Shown here in pieces: positions 24,729-34,672 of a DNA stretch of 36,135 nucleotides. The stretch comes from Batkoa obscura (Eukaryota): contig JASVEC010000020.1 in the NCBI GenBank assembly GCA_030770535.1, positions 868,001-904,135 on the forward strand, in the 5' to 3' direction. The position numbers and the translations under genes are program-made. Every line of letters begins with the position of its first letter. The stretch's first letter is position 1. The notes beneath the pieces are model-generated. The model was not told the DNA's origin. It did not search any database and was given only the letters and a program-made list of their open reading frames with translations.

Positions 24729-24827
24729 GAGGATGTATTTTTGTGTTTACGAATTTCACTAACAAATTTTCCATTTAAATAGCGCTTAAAAAATGGAAAA
24801 AGTAATGAAGCCAAAAAAAACACCCTT
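24729..24827 (+). mobile_element. MITE family A, copy 7 (TSD ATCT)
   Basis: ATCT-GAGGATGTATTTTTG...AAAACACCCTT-ATCT. Confidence 0.9.
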
Positions 24828-25246
24828 ATCTACTAGTATAATTATTTAACTTTCAGTTTAATATTACTAAAAGGGATATAAAGTAATTTTTAAATATATA
24901 AAATATTATTTTCGATTCTTCTATTTTTATCTGTTCAATAGAGTTTTGATATAATAAGTAAATAATTCGAAACTTAATGTATATTTGTATTATAAGTCAT
25001 CTTAATTTGTTTAGTAGTGTCAGCTACCAAGTTATATAACGAATAGCAAAAAAAAGGATAAGCTCCAAAAAAAAGTAGATTGCTTTCAAAATTTGATTTT
25101 GTTCAACCAATAAAACTAAAGGATCTAAACAGCTGTCAAAGTTCGATTTTAAGCTCAAACTTTTATAGAAAACTAATTTCAAAAAACCAATTTTAAGCTA
25201 ACTTGATAATTTTTGATGAAAATTTAATATAATATTGAAAAGAAAT

Positions 25247-25342
25247 GGAAATATTTTTTTGTGTTTAAGAACTTTACTAGCAATCTTTCCACTCAAATAG
25301 CGCTTAAAAAATGGAAAAATAATGAAACTAAAAAACATCCCC
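25247..25342 (+). mobile_element. MITE family A, copy 8 (TSD AAAT)
   Basis: AAAT-GGAAATATTTTTTTG...AAAAACATCCCC-AAAT. Confidence 0.9.
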
Positions 25343-26395
25343 AAATAATAATAAAAGAGTCAAAGTCTTAAGGTTTTAAATATATATAATATATTGGTTT
25401 AACATTTATTTTCCATTTATTTTTCATGTTTTTACATTTTTGTTCACTAAAAATTTTGCTAATTTTTTTATAAAGTAAACTTTGAAAGTAGTAGTCCGAC
25501 TTTGGGAGCTTCTTCAGTTTTTTTACTATTCATTTTAAAAAGAGAAAAAATACAGAAATATATTATTTATTCCTATTTTTATCCATGTTTAAGATGTAGA
25601 ATTTAAAGAAACATGTTAGTTGAATATCTAAGTAAAAACGAGATCCCCATAAACGAACATTTTTGTTTGTAAGTATGTTTAAACCGATGCTTTTTTGCCA
25701 TTTCTTAGAAATTTTGAATCTCGTGACAGAATTTCTTGAATGAAATAAAACTCTTCCGACTATTTTAGTTGGCAATTTTAAACCTATTCTAAAAAAAGGC
25801 TTTGGCTTCAATCGTGACTCAATTTTTAACCGATAATTTTCGATCATTTTGAAGCTGTTCCATCTCTCTTTCAATCTCTCTAGCTATTTATTTAGGTGTA
25901 AAACTCATGCTAAAATTTGGTTAAAATAGAATACTTAGGCTAGATAAAAAATCAGTTATATAATTATTGGTTAGTAAAAACTATCGCTAAATAGTTCAAA
26001 AACAAAATGAAATGACTGTAAAAGAAGAGTGGAACTTTTAAAAATAAACTTAATTTCAATGCCTTTGAGTGTTTAGAAGCCATATTGAATCTAATAGTTG
26101 ATGCTTTTAAATATAAAACTACTGAAAACTGTGGTAGTTTTTACTTAAATAGAATTATTATCAATGTTTAATAGCGAAAGTGTGACTATTAGTACGCAGT
26201 AAGAAGGTAGAATCTAATTCTTCAATTGACGAATAGTCGAGTTATTTATTAAATATCAATACTGACCTGAAGCCAATGTATGAACTTTCCAACATTAGTT
26301 TATGATTTATTACCAAAATAAAAATAGTAAATAACTCAGAGCAAAAAGTATATAAAGCTCTTAAAATTAGATGAGGAAAAATAAAAACAATAAAA

Positions 26396-28108
26396 ATGAA
26401 GTTGTTATCACTTTTATTTAGTTTTGGACTCTTAAATAGATTCAATGGGTCCGCTCCTAAAGGTGAAGTATTTGATTTAAACAGGCATCCTAAGTTAAAT
26501 ATCGTAGTGCACTCAGCATTTGGTGGAAGAAGCCACATCAAATCATCTTTAGAAATAGGTGATGCATTAGCACAAAGAGGACATAAAATCACATATGCCA
26601 CCTTAGATGATAATATTCGATTTACAAAAGGATATGATATTGGTAATTATTCTATAGGTGGGGGATTCCTTGATGATGAAACTATGAGGAATATAATGAG
26701 AGAAAGAATTTTAGATCGAAATACAGAAAATACAGGCAAAGCAATGGCAAGGACTTTAGGACCAGTTTTTATTATAAATTATGAACGCACTTTTCAACCA
26801 CTTAAAGAATATTTGATAAAATCAAAGCCCGATCTCATAGCTTGTGATTTTTTTGCTCATCCATGTATTGATTTAGCAAAACATTTGAAAATACCTTTGA
26901 TTATTAGTTATCAAACTACAGAAGGTGTTGCGTTAACTATGGAGCCTTTTGTTACTTCAGGTTTTGAATATAGTCCAATTTATACTAAAGATATGTCTTT
27001 TATTCAGCGCTTTTATTCTCTGACTATTAAACCAATAGTTAGTCTCCATTATATATCTAAGGTAGTCGCTATGGAAAATAAAGTACGACAAAAATTTGGA
27101 ATTCCATCGACTAATGAATTTCAGCCTGGTTTAGATTATGGTTTAAATCTTGTAAGTACCTTTATTGGATTTGAACCAGCTACTAGATCACCCCCAAATT
27201 TAATTCATGTTGGCCCAATTGTATCTGAAAACAAAGATTTATTGACAGCTGAATTAAATACCTTTTTAAATACTCATGAGAACACTTTATTTATCGCTTT
27301 TGGTTCCAACTCTGTATTAAATGAAAGTTTAACCAAAAGAATACTAGAAGCCTCTTTATTAGCTATTGAAAAAGGTGTTATTGATGGTGTTGTATGGGGG
27401 TTAGGACGTACTAACAAAGATGACTTCCCGCTCGAAGTAAACAATGGCAAAGGTGGTAAAGTAAAAGTGCAAGATTTATTCAAGGGAAAGAATGATAAAA
27501 TTAAGTTGTTATCTTGGGCACCACAAGTATCTGTTTTAAATCATAAGAATACTAAATTATTCATATCTCATGGTGGAATTGAGTCTACCTTTGAAGCCAT
27601 TCATTCAGGTACTCCAGTATTATGTTTAGCATTATTTGGTGATCAACCAAGAAATGCACGTAAATTGGAAGAAGTAGGGGGTGGGCTTTATGTGGACAAA
27701 TTTACATTTACAGCTGAATCTTTAAAACAACAATTTAAAACTATTATTGAGGATAGAGATAACAAATTTAAATCCAACCTATCAAGAATGAAGACTATTT
27801 CTCATCATAATTCAAGAAGGCTTAATTATGCAGCTGATTTATATGAACAACATGCTTATACCGCTAAAGCATGTAGAAAATATGAACCTTATGATCCCAA
27901 CTCGAACGTCCCACCTTGTGAAATCAAACATCTTATACCAGTGTCCAATCAAATGTCCTTTATCAAAGCTAATGGTATTGACGTTTTTGCTACAGCTCTT
28001 GTAATATTGCTAGTAAGTATTGCATTGGCTTTATATTCTTTAAATCAATTGTATAAATTTGGATTAGAATATTATAAGCAAATGATAACTAAACCTAAAG
28101 TAGAATAA
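26396..28108 (+). CDS. UDP-glycosyltransferase (GT1/UDPGT), signal peptide + C-terminal TM + KxKxx
   Basis: GGRSH catalytic His, IACDFF, IAFGS, WAPQ..L.H..KLFISHGG..S.FEA..G.P.L..FGDQ signature; ends KPKVE. Confidence 0.95.
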   Translation: MKLLSLLFSFGLLNRFNGSAPKGEVFDLNRHPKLNIVVHSAFGGRSHIKSSLEIGDALAQRGHKITYATLDDNIRFTKGYDIGNYSIGGGFLDDETMRNIMRERILDRNTENTGKAMARTLGPVFIINYERTFQPLKEYLIKSKPDLIACDFFAHPCIDLAKHLKIPLIISYQTTEGVALTMEPFVTSGFEYSPIYTKDMSFIQRFYSLTIKPIVSLHYISKVVAMENKVRQKFGIPSTNEFQPGLDYGLNLVSTFIGFEPATRSPPNLIHVGPIVSENKDLLTAELNTFLNTHENTLFIAFGSNSVLNESLTKRILEASLLAIEKGVIDGVVWGLGRTNKDDFPLEVNNGKGGKVKVQDLFKGKNDKIKLLSWAPQVSVLNHKNTKLFISHGGIESTFEAIHSGTPVLCLALFGDQPRNARKLEEVGGGLYVDKFTFTAESLKQQFKTIIEDRDNKFKSNLSRMKTISHHNSRRLNYAADLYEQHAYTAKACRKYEPYDPNSNVPPCEIKHLIPVSNQMSFIKANGIDVFATALVILLVSIALALYSLNQLYKFGLEYYKQMITKPKVE

Positions 28109-28441
28109 AAATGAATATTTTTTTGATTCCACTAAAATTTTGTTAAACTATGCTATAAATGATTCTATTTTATTTTTAAAGTAACTTGACAATATCTAAA
28201 TTTTTATTAGCCATTATTTATTATTTAAATATAATACATATTTGTATAGTATTTAATATCAGTGATCTAAGTCTTTGTTCTTTATGTATTCACAAGGTAG
28301 TATTTTAAAAGAGCTAATATTTCAAAGCATTTGTAATATCAAAAGTATATTGTAATTAACAGATAAAATTTAACTTTTATTAGCTTAATAAGAGCTATTA
28401 AATATTTTTATATACTTGAAATTAATTTTCTATTTATATAT

Positions 28442-28537
28442 GGACATGTATTTTTGTTTAAGAATTTTATTAACAACCTTTCTACTCAAATAGTGCTTAA
28501 AAGATAGAAAAAGTAATGAAATAAAAAAAACATCCCC
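28442..28537 (+). mobile_element. MITE family A, copy 9 (TSD ATAT)
   Basis: ATAT-GGACATGTATTTTTG...AAAACATCCCC-ATAT. Confidence 0.9.
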
Positions 28538-28593
28538 ATATTGATGTAATTAATCATCAACCTTTTTTAATAAAAAAATTTAGTTTAATATAT

Positions 28594-28692
28594 GGGGATG
28601 ATTTTTTTGACTTCATTACTTTTTCCACCTTTTAAGCGCTATTCGAGCGGAAAATTTGTTAGTAAAATTCTTAAACGCAAAAATACGTCCCC
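28594..28692 (-). mobile_element. MITE family A, copy 10 (TSD ATAT)
   Basis: ATAT-GGGGATGATTTTTTTG...CAAAAATACGTCCCC-ATAT. Confidence 0.9.
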
Positions 28693-28696
28693 ATAT

Positions 28697-28795
28697 GGCG
28701 GTTTTTTTTTTGGCTTCATTACTTTTTCTATCTTTTAAGCGCTATTTGAGTGGAAAAATTATCAGCAAAATTGTTAAACACAAAAATATATCCCC
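28697..28795 (-). mobile_element. MITE family A, copy 11 (TSD ATAT, abuts copy 10)
   Basis: ATAT-GGCGGTTTTTTTTT...CAAAAATATATCCCC-ATAT. Confidence 0.9.
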
Positions 28796-28857
28796 ATATG
28801 CTTGTTTATTTTTATCAAATATTAATTTTAATACTCAAATGAATAGAGTATCATTAA

Positions 28858-30567
28858 TCATTCCATTTTGAATTTCTTGGAAATATTATTATAAAACTTA
28901 AACCCGATTTTAGATAAACAATATATGGAGTAGAAAGACAAAATTAAGCTAGATAAAAGTAATAAAATAAGCGCACCATAGATATCAATCCCTTTACCAG
29001 AAATAAAGGACATTTGTTGAGATACTGGCACAAGGTGTTTGATTTCACAAGGAGGTAAATCAGAGTTAGGGTTATATGGTTCCAGTTTTCTACAAGCTTT
29101 AGCAGTATAAGCATGTTGTTCAAATAAATCAACAGCAACGTTAATTCTTTTTGAATTATAATAAGAGATCGTTTTCATTCTTAATAAATTTGATTGAAAT
29201 TTATGATCTTTATCTTCGATGATGGTTTTGAATTGTTCTTTGAGAGATTGAGGTGTGAAGGTAACTTTATCCACATAAAGACCAGTTCCTATCTCTTCAA
29301 TTTTACGTGCATTTCTTGGTTGATCAGCAATTAATGCTAAGCATAATATAGGTGTACCTGAATAAATGGCTTCAAAGGTGGATTCTAATCCACCATGAGA
29401 TATGAATAATTTAGTATTCTTATGATTTAAAACAGATACTTGTGGTGCCCAAGATAATAACCGAATATTTTTGTTTTTTCCTTCAAATAAATCCTGTACT
29501 TTTATCTTTTTTCCTTTACGATCCTTGATTTCTATTGGAAAATCATTTTGTTTTGTTTTACCTAAACCCCATACAATACCATCAATAATGTTTTCTTCGA
29601 TAGCTAATAAACAAGCTTCTAATATTTTTTGAGTTATGTTTTCATTCAATATAGAGTGGGAACCAAAAGCAATAAACAATGTGTTTTCATGAAAATCCAA
29701 AAACTCACTTAATTCTGGTGTTAATTTGTCTCTATTTTCCGATACAATTGGACCCACATGAACTAAATCTGGTAATGTGTTAGTTGCTGGTTCAAACCCA
29801 ACAAAGCTATTAGCGATATTCAACCCATAGTTTGCCCCTGGATTCATCCCATTAACAATAGGAATTTGGTATTTTTTTCTTAATTGGTTAGTAACATCGC
29901 CCATACTAGAAAAATAATAAATTTTGATAGCAGGCTGAAGAATTTGAGCATTAAAACGTTCAATAAAAGACATGTCTTTAGTATAAATAGGCGCATAATC
30001 TGAACTCATAGTAATAAAAGGTTCTACAATTAAACCTAAATTATCCGTGGATTGATAACCGATGATTAATGGTAATTTTAAATGTTTGGCTAAATCAATA
30101 CATGATATTGCAAAAAAGCTACAAACTACTAGATCCGGTTTGGTTTCTATTAAATACTCTTTGAGTGGTAAAAATGTATCTTCATAATATTTACTAAAAA
30201 AAGAACCTAATGATTTAGCTAAATATTTAGGATTTAATTCACTTGGTGATTGAGCTATCATTTGCTTAACTTTAGCACGTAATAATTTTTCCATTTCAGT
30301 ATCCGTCTCAGTAGATCCTAAAGTATAATTTTTTATATTATAGCCTGAAGTAAATCTAATATTATCATGAATCGTTGCATATGTTATGGAATGGCCTCTT
30401 TTTGCTAATACATCCCCAATCTCTAATAAGGATTTGATATGGCTTCGTCCCCCAAAGGAGGAGTGTAATACTATGTTGAGTTTATAATTAGGCAATCCTT
30501 GCTTTTCAATAGAAGCATTTCCAAAATTCGATAAAAACAAAGTTAATATTAAAGTAAATATATTCAT
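28858..30567 (-). CDS. UDP-glycosyltransferase (GT1/UDPGT), paralog of 26396..28108
   Basis: ATG at 30567 (MNIFTLIL.. signal peptide; the ORF track's 30582 start is a TTG); GGRSH, WAPQ...HGG...ADQ; TM helix; ends KFKME. Confidence 0.95.
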   Translation of the reverse strand: MNIFTLILTLFLSNFGNASIEKQGLPNYKLNIVLHSSFGGRSHIKSLLEIGDVLAKRGHSITYATIHDNIRFTSGYNIKNYTLGSTETDTEMEKLLRAKVKQMIAQSPSELNPKYLAKSLGSFFSKYYEDTFLPLKEYLIETKPDLVVCSFFAISCIDLAKHLKLPLIIGYQSTDNLGLIVEPFITMSSDYAPIYTKDMSFIERFNAQILQPAIKIYYFSSMGDVTNQLRKKYQIPIVNGMNPGANYGLNIANSFVGFEPATNTLPDLVHVGPIVSENRDKLTPELSEFLDFHENTLFIAFGSHSILNENITQKILEACLLAIEENIIDGIVWGLGKTKQNDFPIEIKDRKGKKIKVQDLFEGKNKNIRLLSWAPQVSVLNHKNTKLFISHGGLESTFEAIYSGTPILCLALIADQPRNARKIEEIGTGLYVDKVTFTPQSLKEQFKTIIEDKDHKFQSNLLRMKTISYYNSKRINVAVDLFEQHAYTAKACRKLEPYNPNSDLPPCEIKHLVPVSQQMSFISGKGIDIYGALILLLLSSLILSFYSIYCLSKIGFKFYNNISKKFKME

Positions 30568-30975
30568 TTTAGTTAATTTCAATTTATTTAATTGTTAGTG
30601 TTTATATACTCTTTTTTAGAAAAAGTTTAATAATGCAATATACATATAATTCTTCTTATCACGTCAATGGTAAAATGATTTCGGTTTATGTTAAAAACTG
30701 GGTGAATTTTTAGTTCTATTTCTTTTTAAACTTAAATTGCTTTCGGCGCTTAAAATTTAAAAGCTGAACACCGATTATTAGGTTTTCCCATTAATTCCTT
30801 AACTTATAAAGAAAAAATCAATATTATTATTTCAGTTAATTGATTTATTAATTCAATATGTTAATGTCTTTTATTGAAGTTTAAAGAACTAGTTTTAATA
30901 ATCTATTGAAACAATTTTTTTAGATGAATAAAAATAGTTTTAAATAGTTGACTAATATTAATAAATAAAACATAT

Positions 30976-31071
30976 GGGGATGTATTTTTGTATTTAAGAA
31001 TTTTACTAACAAATTTTCCACTCAAATAGTACTTAAGATGGAAAAAGTAATGAAGCCAAAAAAACACCCTC
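30976..31071 (+). mobile_element. MITE family A, copy 12 (TSD ATAT)
   Basis: ATAT-GGGGATGTATTTTTG...AAAACACCCTC-ATAT. Confidence 0.9.
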
Positions 31072-31863
31072 ATATTTAAAAGTTACTTAATGGATTGAGT
31101 TTTTAACTAAAAATCTTTAAATGAATTGAAACTAAGTCCAAAATGTTATTACATTTAAAGTTAGATGCAATATTTTTGTCGCATCATAGCCATAGTATGG
31201 AAAAAATCCAATAAAACTAAAGTAAAAAAACTGATAATAATTTTTAAAGGTAAACAAAATTAAGAAGTTCCATAGTGCCATTTTCAATTTTGCTGTCTTT
31301 GTTGAAAATTATTTATCTAATTTTCTACTTCAGTTTTTTGATATTTTTTCCTTGCTATGACTGTAGTGTGATAAAAATGCTGTACACTAAACCAGTTATT
31401 TTAAATTTACTGTCATTCTCTAATATAAACAAAAAGGTTAGTTAATTATTGGATTTAAGAGAAAAGGTGGGGAAGTAGTAAGATACACACTCTTTTTAGT
31501 CAAAGCTTGAGATTGGAACCTTAGTCTTCTCAAAGAAGAGGGAATTACTTACCAAAGGGATGCTGTTTATATACCCGTTAAAGTAGTGAAAAGTGATTTG
31601 TCTATTGAAGTATTCTTACATTTTCGGACATTTTTGATCTCATTTGTAATAGTGAGTTATTTGTAAAATCGAATGATTCAAGGAATTTAAAAATAAGGCA
31701 AATAAAATAAATTAAAAATCCATACATTCGATATACAATTTCAGTAATAGTTCGAAGCAATTTTATATAAGTAAAAAGCTAAATATAAAGAAACACGTAA
31801 TTTATTTAAATAATTAGTTGAAATAGAATACCAAAACATGTTCTTTGTTAATATTAATAAAAC

Positions 31864-33155
31864 TTACTTAACCTTACTTTTATGTTGAAACTATAAACCA
31901 GATAAAGTTAAACTAATTAATTTAATAACTATATAGAGTAAGAACTCTAATAAAACTAACAACAACATAGTATTGGTACGATATATACCGATACTATAAG
32001 TAGAGACGAAAGACATTTGATGGAATGGTGGCATAGTATGCTTAAATTCATAAGGAAGTAAATTAGAATTAGTCTCACGAGATCCATATTTTCTGTATCC
32101 TTTAGTAGTATAGAAATGTTGTTCAAATAAATCAGTTGCATAATCAAGTCTTTTAGAACTGAATGAGCAATTGTTTTTACCCTTAATAAGTTAGATTGAA
32201 ATTTGTTATTTTTATCTTCAATTATTGTCTTAAATTGGTCTTTTAAAAACCTAAGTGTGAATGTAAATTTATTAACATAAAGCCCAACTTCTGCTTCTTT
32301 TAGTTTAGCGACATTTCTAGGTTAGTCTCCGAGTATTCGTTCAACTCAGGTATCAATGTTTCCTTATTTTTACTAAGAATAAGTCCAATATTCATCATAT
32401 TTGAGGATAATTTTAACATTGGTTCTAAATCAAAAAAGTATTAGCAATAATTAAGGAAAAACTAAAATCATCAAATAAATTATTATGTACTTTAATATTC
32501 AATTGTTTTTTATGCTATTTTATATAATAACAAGAAACATAAAAAGTGATAATTTGATCATAAAACTCGGTAAAAAACATATCTGTTTTGTATTCAATAA
32601 TTTATACTTATTCCCCAAAGTTAGATAAGGTTGATATTCAATACTTAATCCATCAATAGCTTAGAACTCAATAATATCGGGTATTTTTAGTTGTTTTATT
32701 AAGTCATTACAACTTTTAGATAATCAGTTATAATATAGCAAATTCATTAGGTTATTAGTTAGATATTTCTTTAATGGAATTAATGTTTCATCATATCATA
32801 TAGTTACATAATTAACAATAAGATTTAAGAAATGTTTTATACGATGTATCTTAGGCTTTAGTAACACCTGAGTTCTCATAACGTTTTTTAATAAGTCACC
32901 ATTGATAAGTTTATCTGTAAAATAGTTGGTTGGGCTATAGCCTTGGGTAAATTTAATATTACTTTCAATGGTTACATAACTGACTTGCTGCCCTCATAAT
33001 ATTAATTTTTTTCCAATTTTTAGTATGCCTTAGGTATATGAGCAACCACCTACACTTGAATGAAGCATTATATTCAATGGAATGTTGGTTTTATAGGAAT
33101 GAATTGAGTTTAAATAGCCAAGTAATAGAATATAAAGAGTAAAATAAGAACTCAT
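31864..33155 (-). pseudogene. Degraded UGT pseudogene
   Basis: Fragments PLNIMLHSSVGGCSYT*GILKIG, *GQQVSYVTIESNIKFTQGY and GD*PRNVAKLKEAEVGLYVNKFTFT..QFKTIIEDKNNKFQSNLLRVKTI align to the intact UGTs; stops, frameshifts and a large internal deletion near 32335; 3' end approximate. Confidence 0.9.
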
Positions 33156-33537
33156 CGTAAAAATCAATATTTTTTTTGACTATAATCAATCTGTTAAAGC
33201 CTTGCTTTTTATATACCTATAATACGAAAATACAAATTATTAACAATAATACAACTTTTAGCTTTCATAATGTATTAATATTTATCTATCTAATTCTTTT
33301 GCATTAGCAGAAAAATTTAGGCTTGGGTTACTAAACATTAATTGTAAATAGAAAATTGTTATTTCACTTGACATTGACTTTTAAGCAAATTTAACTTTTT
33401 AACTATTAATGTAAGTTCAAGTAGAATTAGATAAATTAATGATCACTTTGGATATTTTGAATATTATTTATCACTAGCACGGAAGTAAGTCTATTTTGTA
33501 ATAGCTTAGAAATCTTCTGTTATCAACAGGTTGTTAC

Positions 33538-33664
33538 TGGGCCAATGAAATGTGAATTGGGTATTTTTAATTTAGTATTATCTGAGTTTTATCACGACTA
33601 TTTCTAGTTTTCTACTTAGCAAATACAAAATCGAAAATGCCCAATCCACATTTCAATTGGGTCA
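33538..33664. mobile_element. Fold-back / MITE-like element B (~127 bp, ~45-50 bp inverted arms)
   Basis: CCAATGAAATGTGAATTGGGTATTTTTAATTTAGTATT pairs with AATACAAAATCGAAAATGCCCAATCCACATTTCAATTGG; single copy in the window. Confidence 0.65.
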
Positions 33665-34032
33665 TATTAACGAAAATGCTGCATTTACAAATGTTATTAA
33701 ATTTAATGGTCAAATTATGGAATAATCCAAGGTAAGATATTTTAATAGTAACTTTATAAAAAAAATATAAAAATATAAAACTATTATTTTAGAAACATTT
33801 GTGAATTTTAATAAATTGAAAATCAAAGGTTTATCAGAAGTAAAACAAAAAAACTTATACAAAACTTGATAGGGCATTAAACTTTCTATTTGAATTCAAA
33901 ACTTCCGATTAAAATAACTGAACATTAAAACACCTGTTATTATCAAAAAAATCAAATATTACTCAATATACTAATTTTACAGAAATTATAGCAAATTATC
34001 AACCAACACTTTTGAAAAAATAAATACAATAT

Positions 34033-34129
34033 CAAGATGTTTTTTTGGCTTCATCACTTTTCTATCTTTTAAGCGCTATTTGAATGGAGAAGTTATTAGT
34101 AAAATTCTTGAACACAAAAATACATCCAC
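34033..34129 (-). mobile_element. MITE family A, copy 13 (TSD ATAT)
   Basis: ATAT-CAAGATGTTTTTTTGGC...CAAAAATACATCCAC-ATAT. Confidence 0.88.
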
Positions 34130-34239
34130 ATATATTTGTTTCAAAAAAATCAGAGATAATTTAATATTAAAACACATTACTATTATTATTTACAGGGTAA
34201 TAAAAAATTTATTGAATCAGCTCTAGCTGCTATTAATAA

Positions 34240-34312
34240 TGCCTTCTATCGGAATCGAACCAATGACCTTCCGCTTACTAGGCGGACGCTCTGCCAACTG
34301 AGCCAAGAAGGC
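34240..34312 (-). tRNA. tRNA-Thr(AGT)
   Basis: GCCTTCT acceptor stem, TGGCTCAGTTGG A-box, anticodon arm TCCGC-CTAGTAA-GCGGA, GGTTCGATTCC B-box; T6 run ~33 nt downstream. Confidence 0.96.
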
Positions 34313-34408
34313 AACTTCTTATTAAGAATTCTAACTATTAAAATATTTATTATACTAAAAAAATCATCCATTAGTGATATTTAAAAACTTTTGTATCCAT
34401 AGCTTGAG

Positions 34409-34443
34409 CTAAATTAAATTAAACTAAACTAAACTAAACTAAA
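34409..34443. repeat. (YTAAA)7 pentanucleotide microsatellite
   Basis: CTAAATTAAATTAAACTAAACTAAACTAAACTAAA. Confidence 0.8.
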
Positions 34444-34672
34444 TCAATAATTAAAAAGGAGTGTGTTAACATAAATTAGTTAACTAAATTATGCCACTCA
34501 CTATATTTGGATTAAGTTTAAAGACATTAAAATATTCAAGTTAAAATACTATTATGAATTTACATGCTTCATTTTATTATATGTTAATAGAATGTATTAT
34601 AGAAAGAATATACAAATAAGAATTAATAGGGAAAAAGTAGCCAATTGGAATAGATGGAATAATATAATAGAA

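Noticed and set aside
25563..25874. 103-aa Lys/Arg-rich ORF
   Set aside because: TTG start and no recognisable motif; may be repeat-derived DNA but this cannot be supported
24360..28795. Clustered repeats as a CRISPR array
   Set aside because: Units are ~99 bp with TIRs and TSDs, in mixed orientation, without regular spacers or cas genes, in a eukaryotic context
28656..28871. 71-aa ORF
   Set aside because: Non-ATG start and reads through MITE copies 10-11
1601..29138. Other 60-120 aa ORFs (1601, 1960, 3914, 4420, 9405, 13379, 19452, 20751, 21628, 22287, 23884, 26242, 27274, 28944)
   Set aside because: Antisense or alternate-frame shadows of real genes, or I/F/L/K/N-rich ORFs expected by chance in AT-rich DNA
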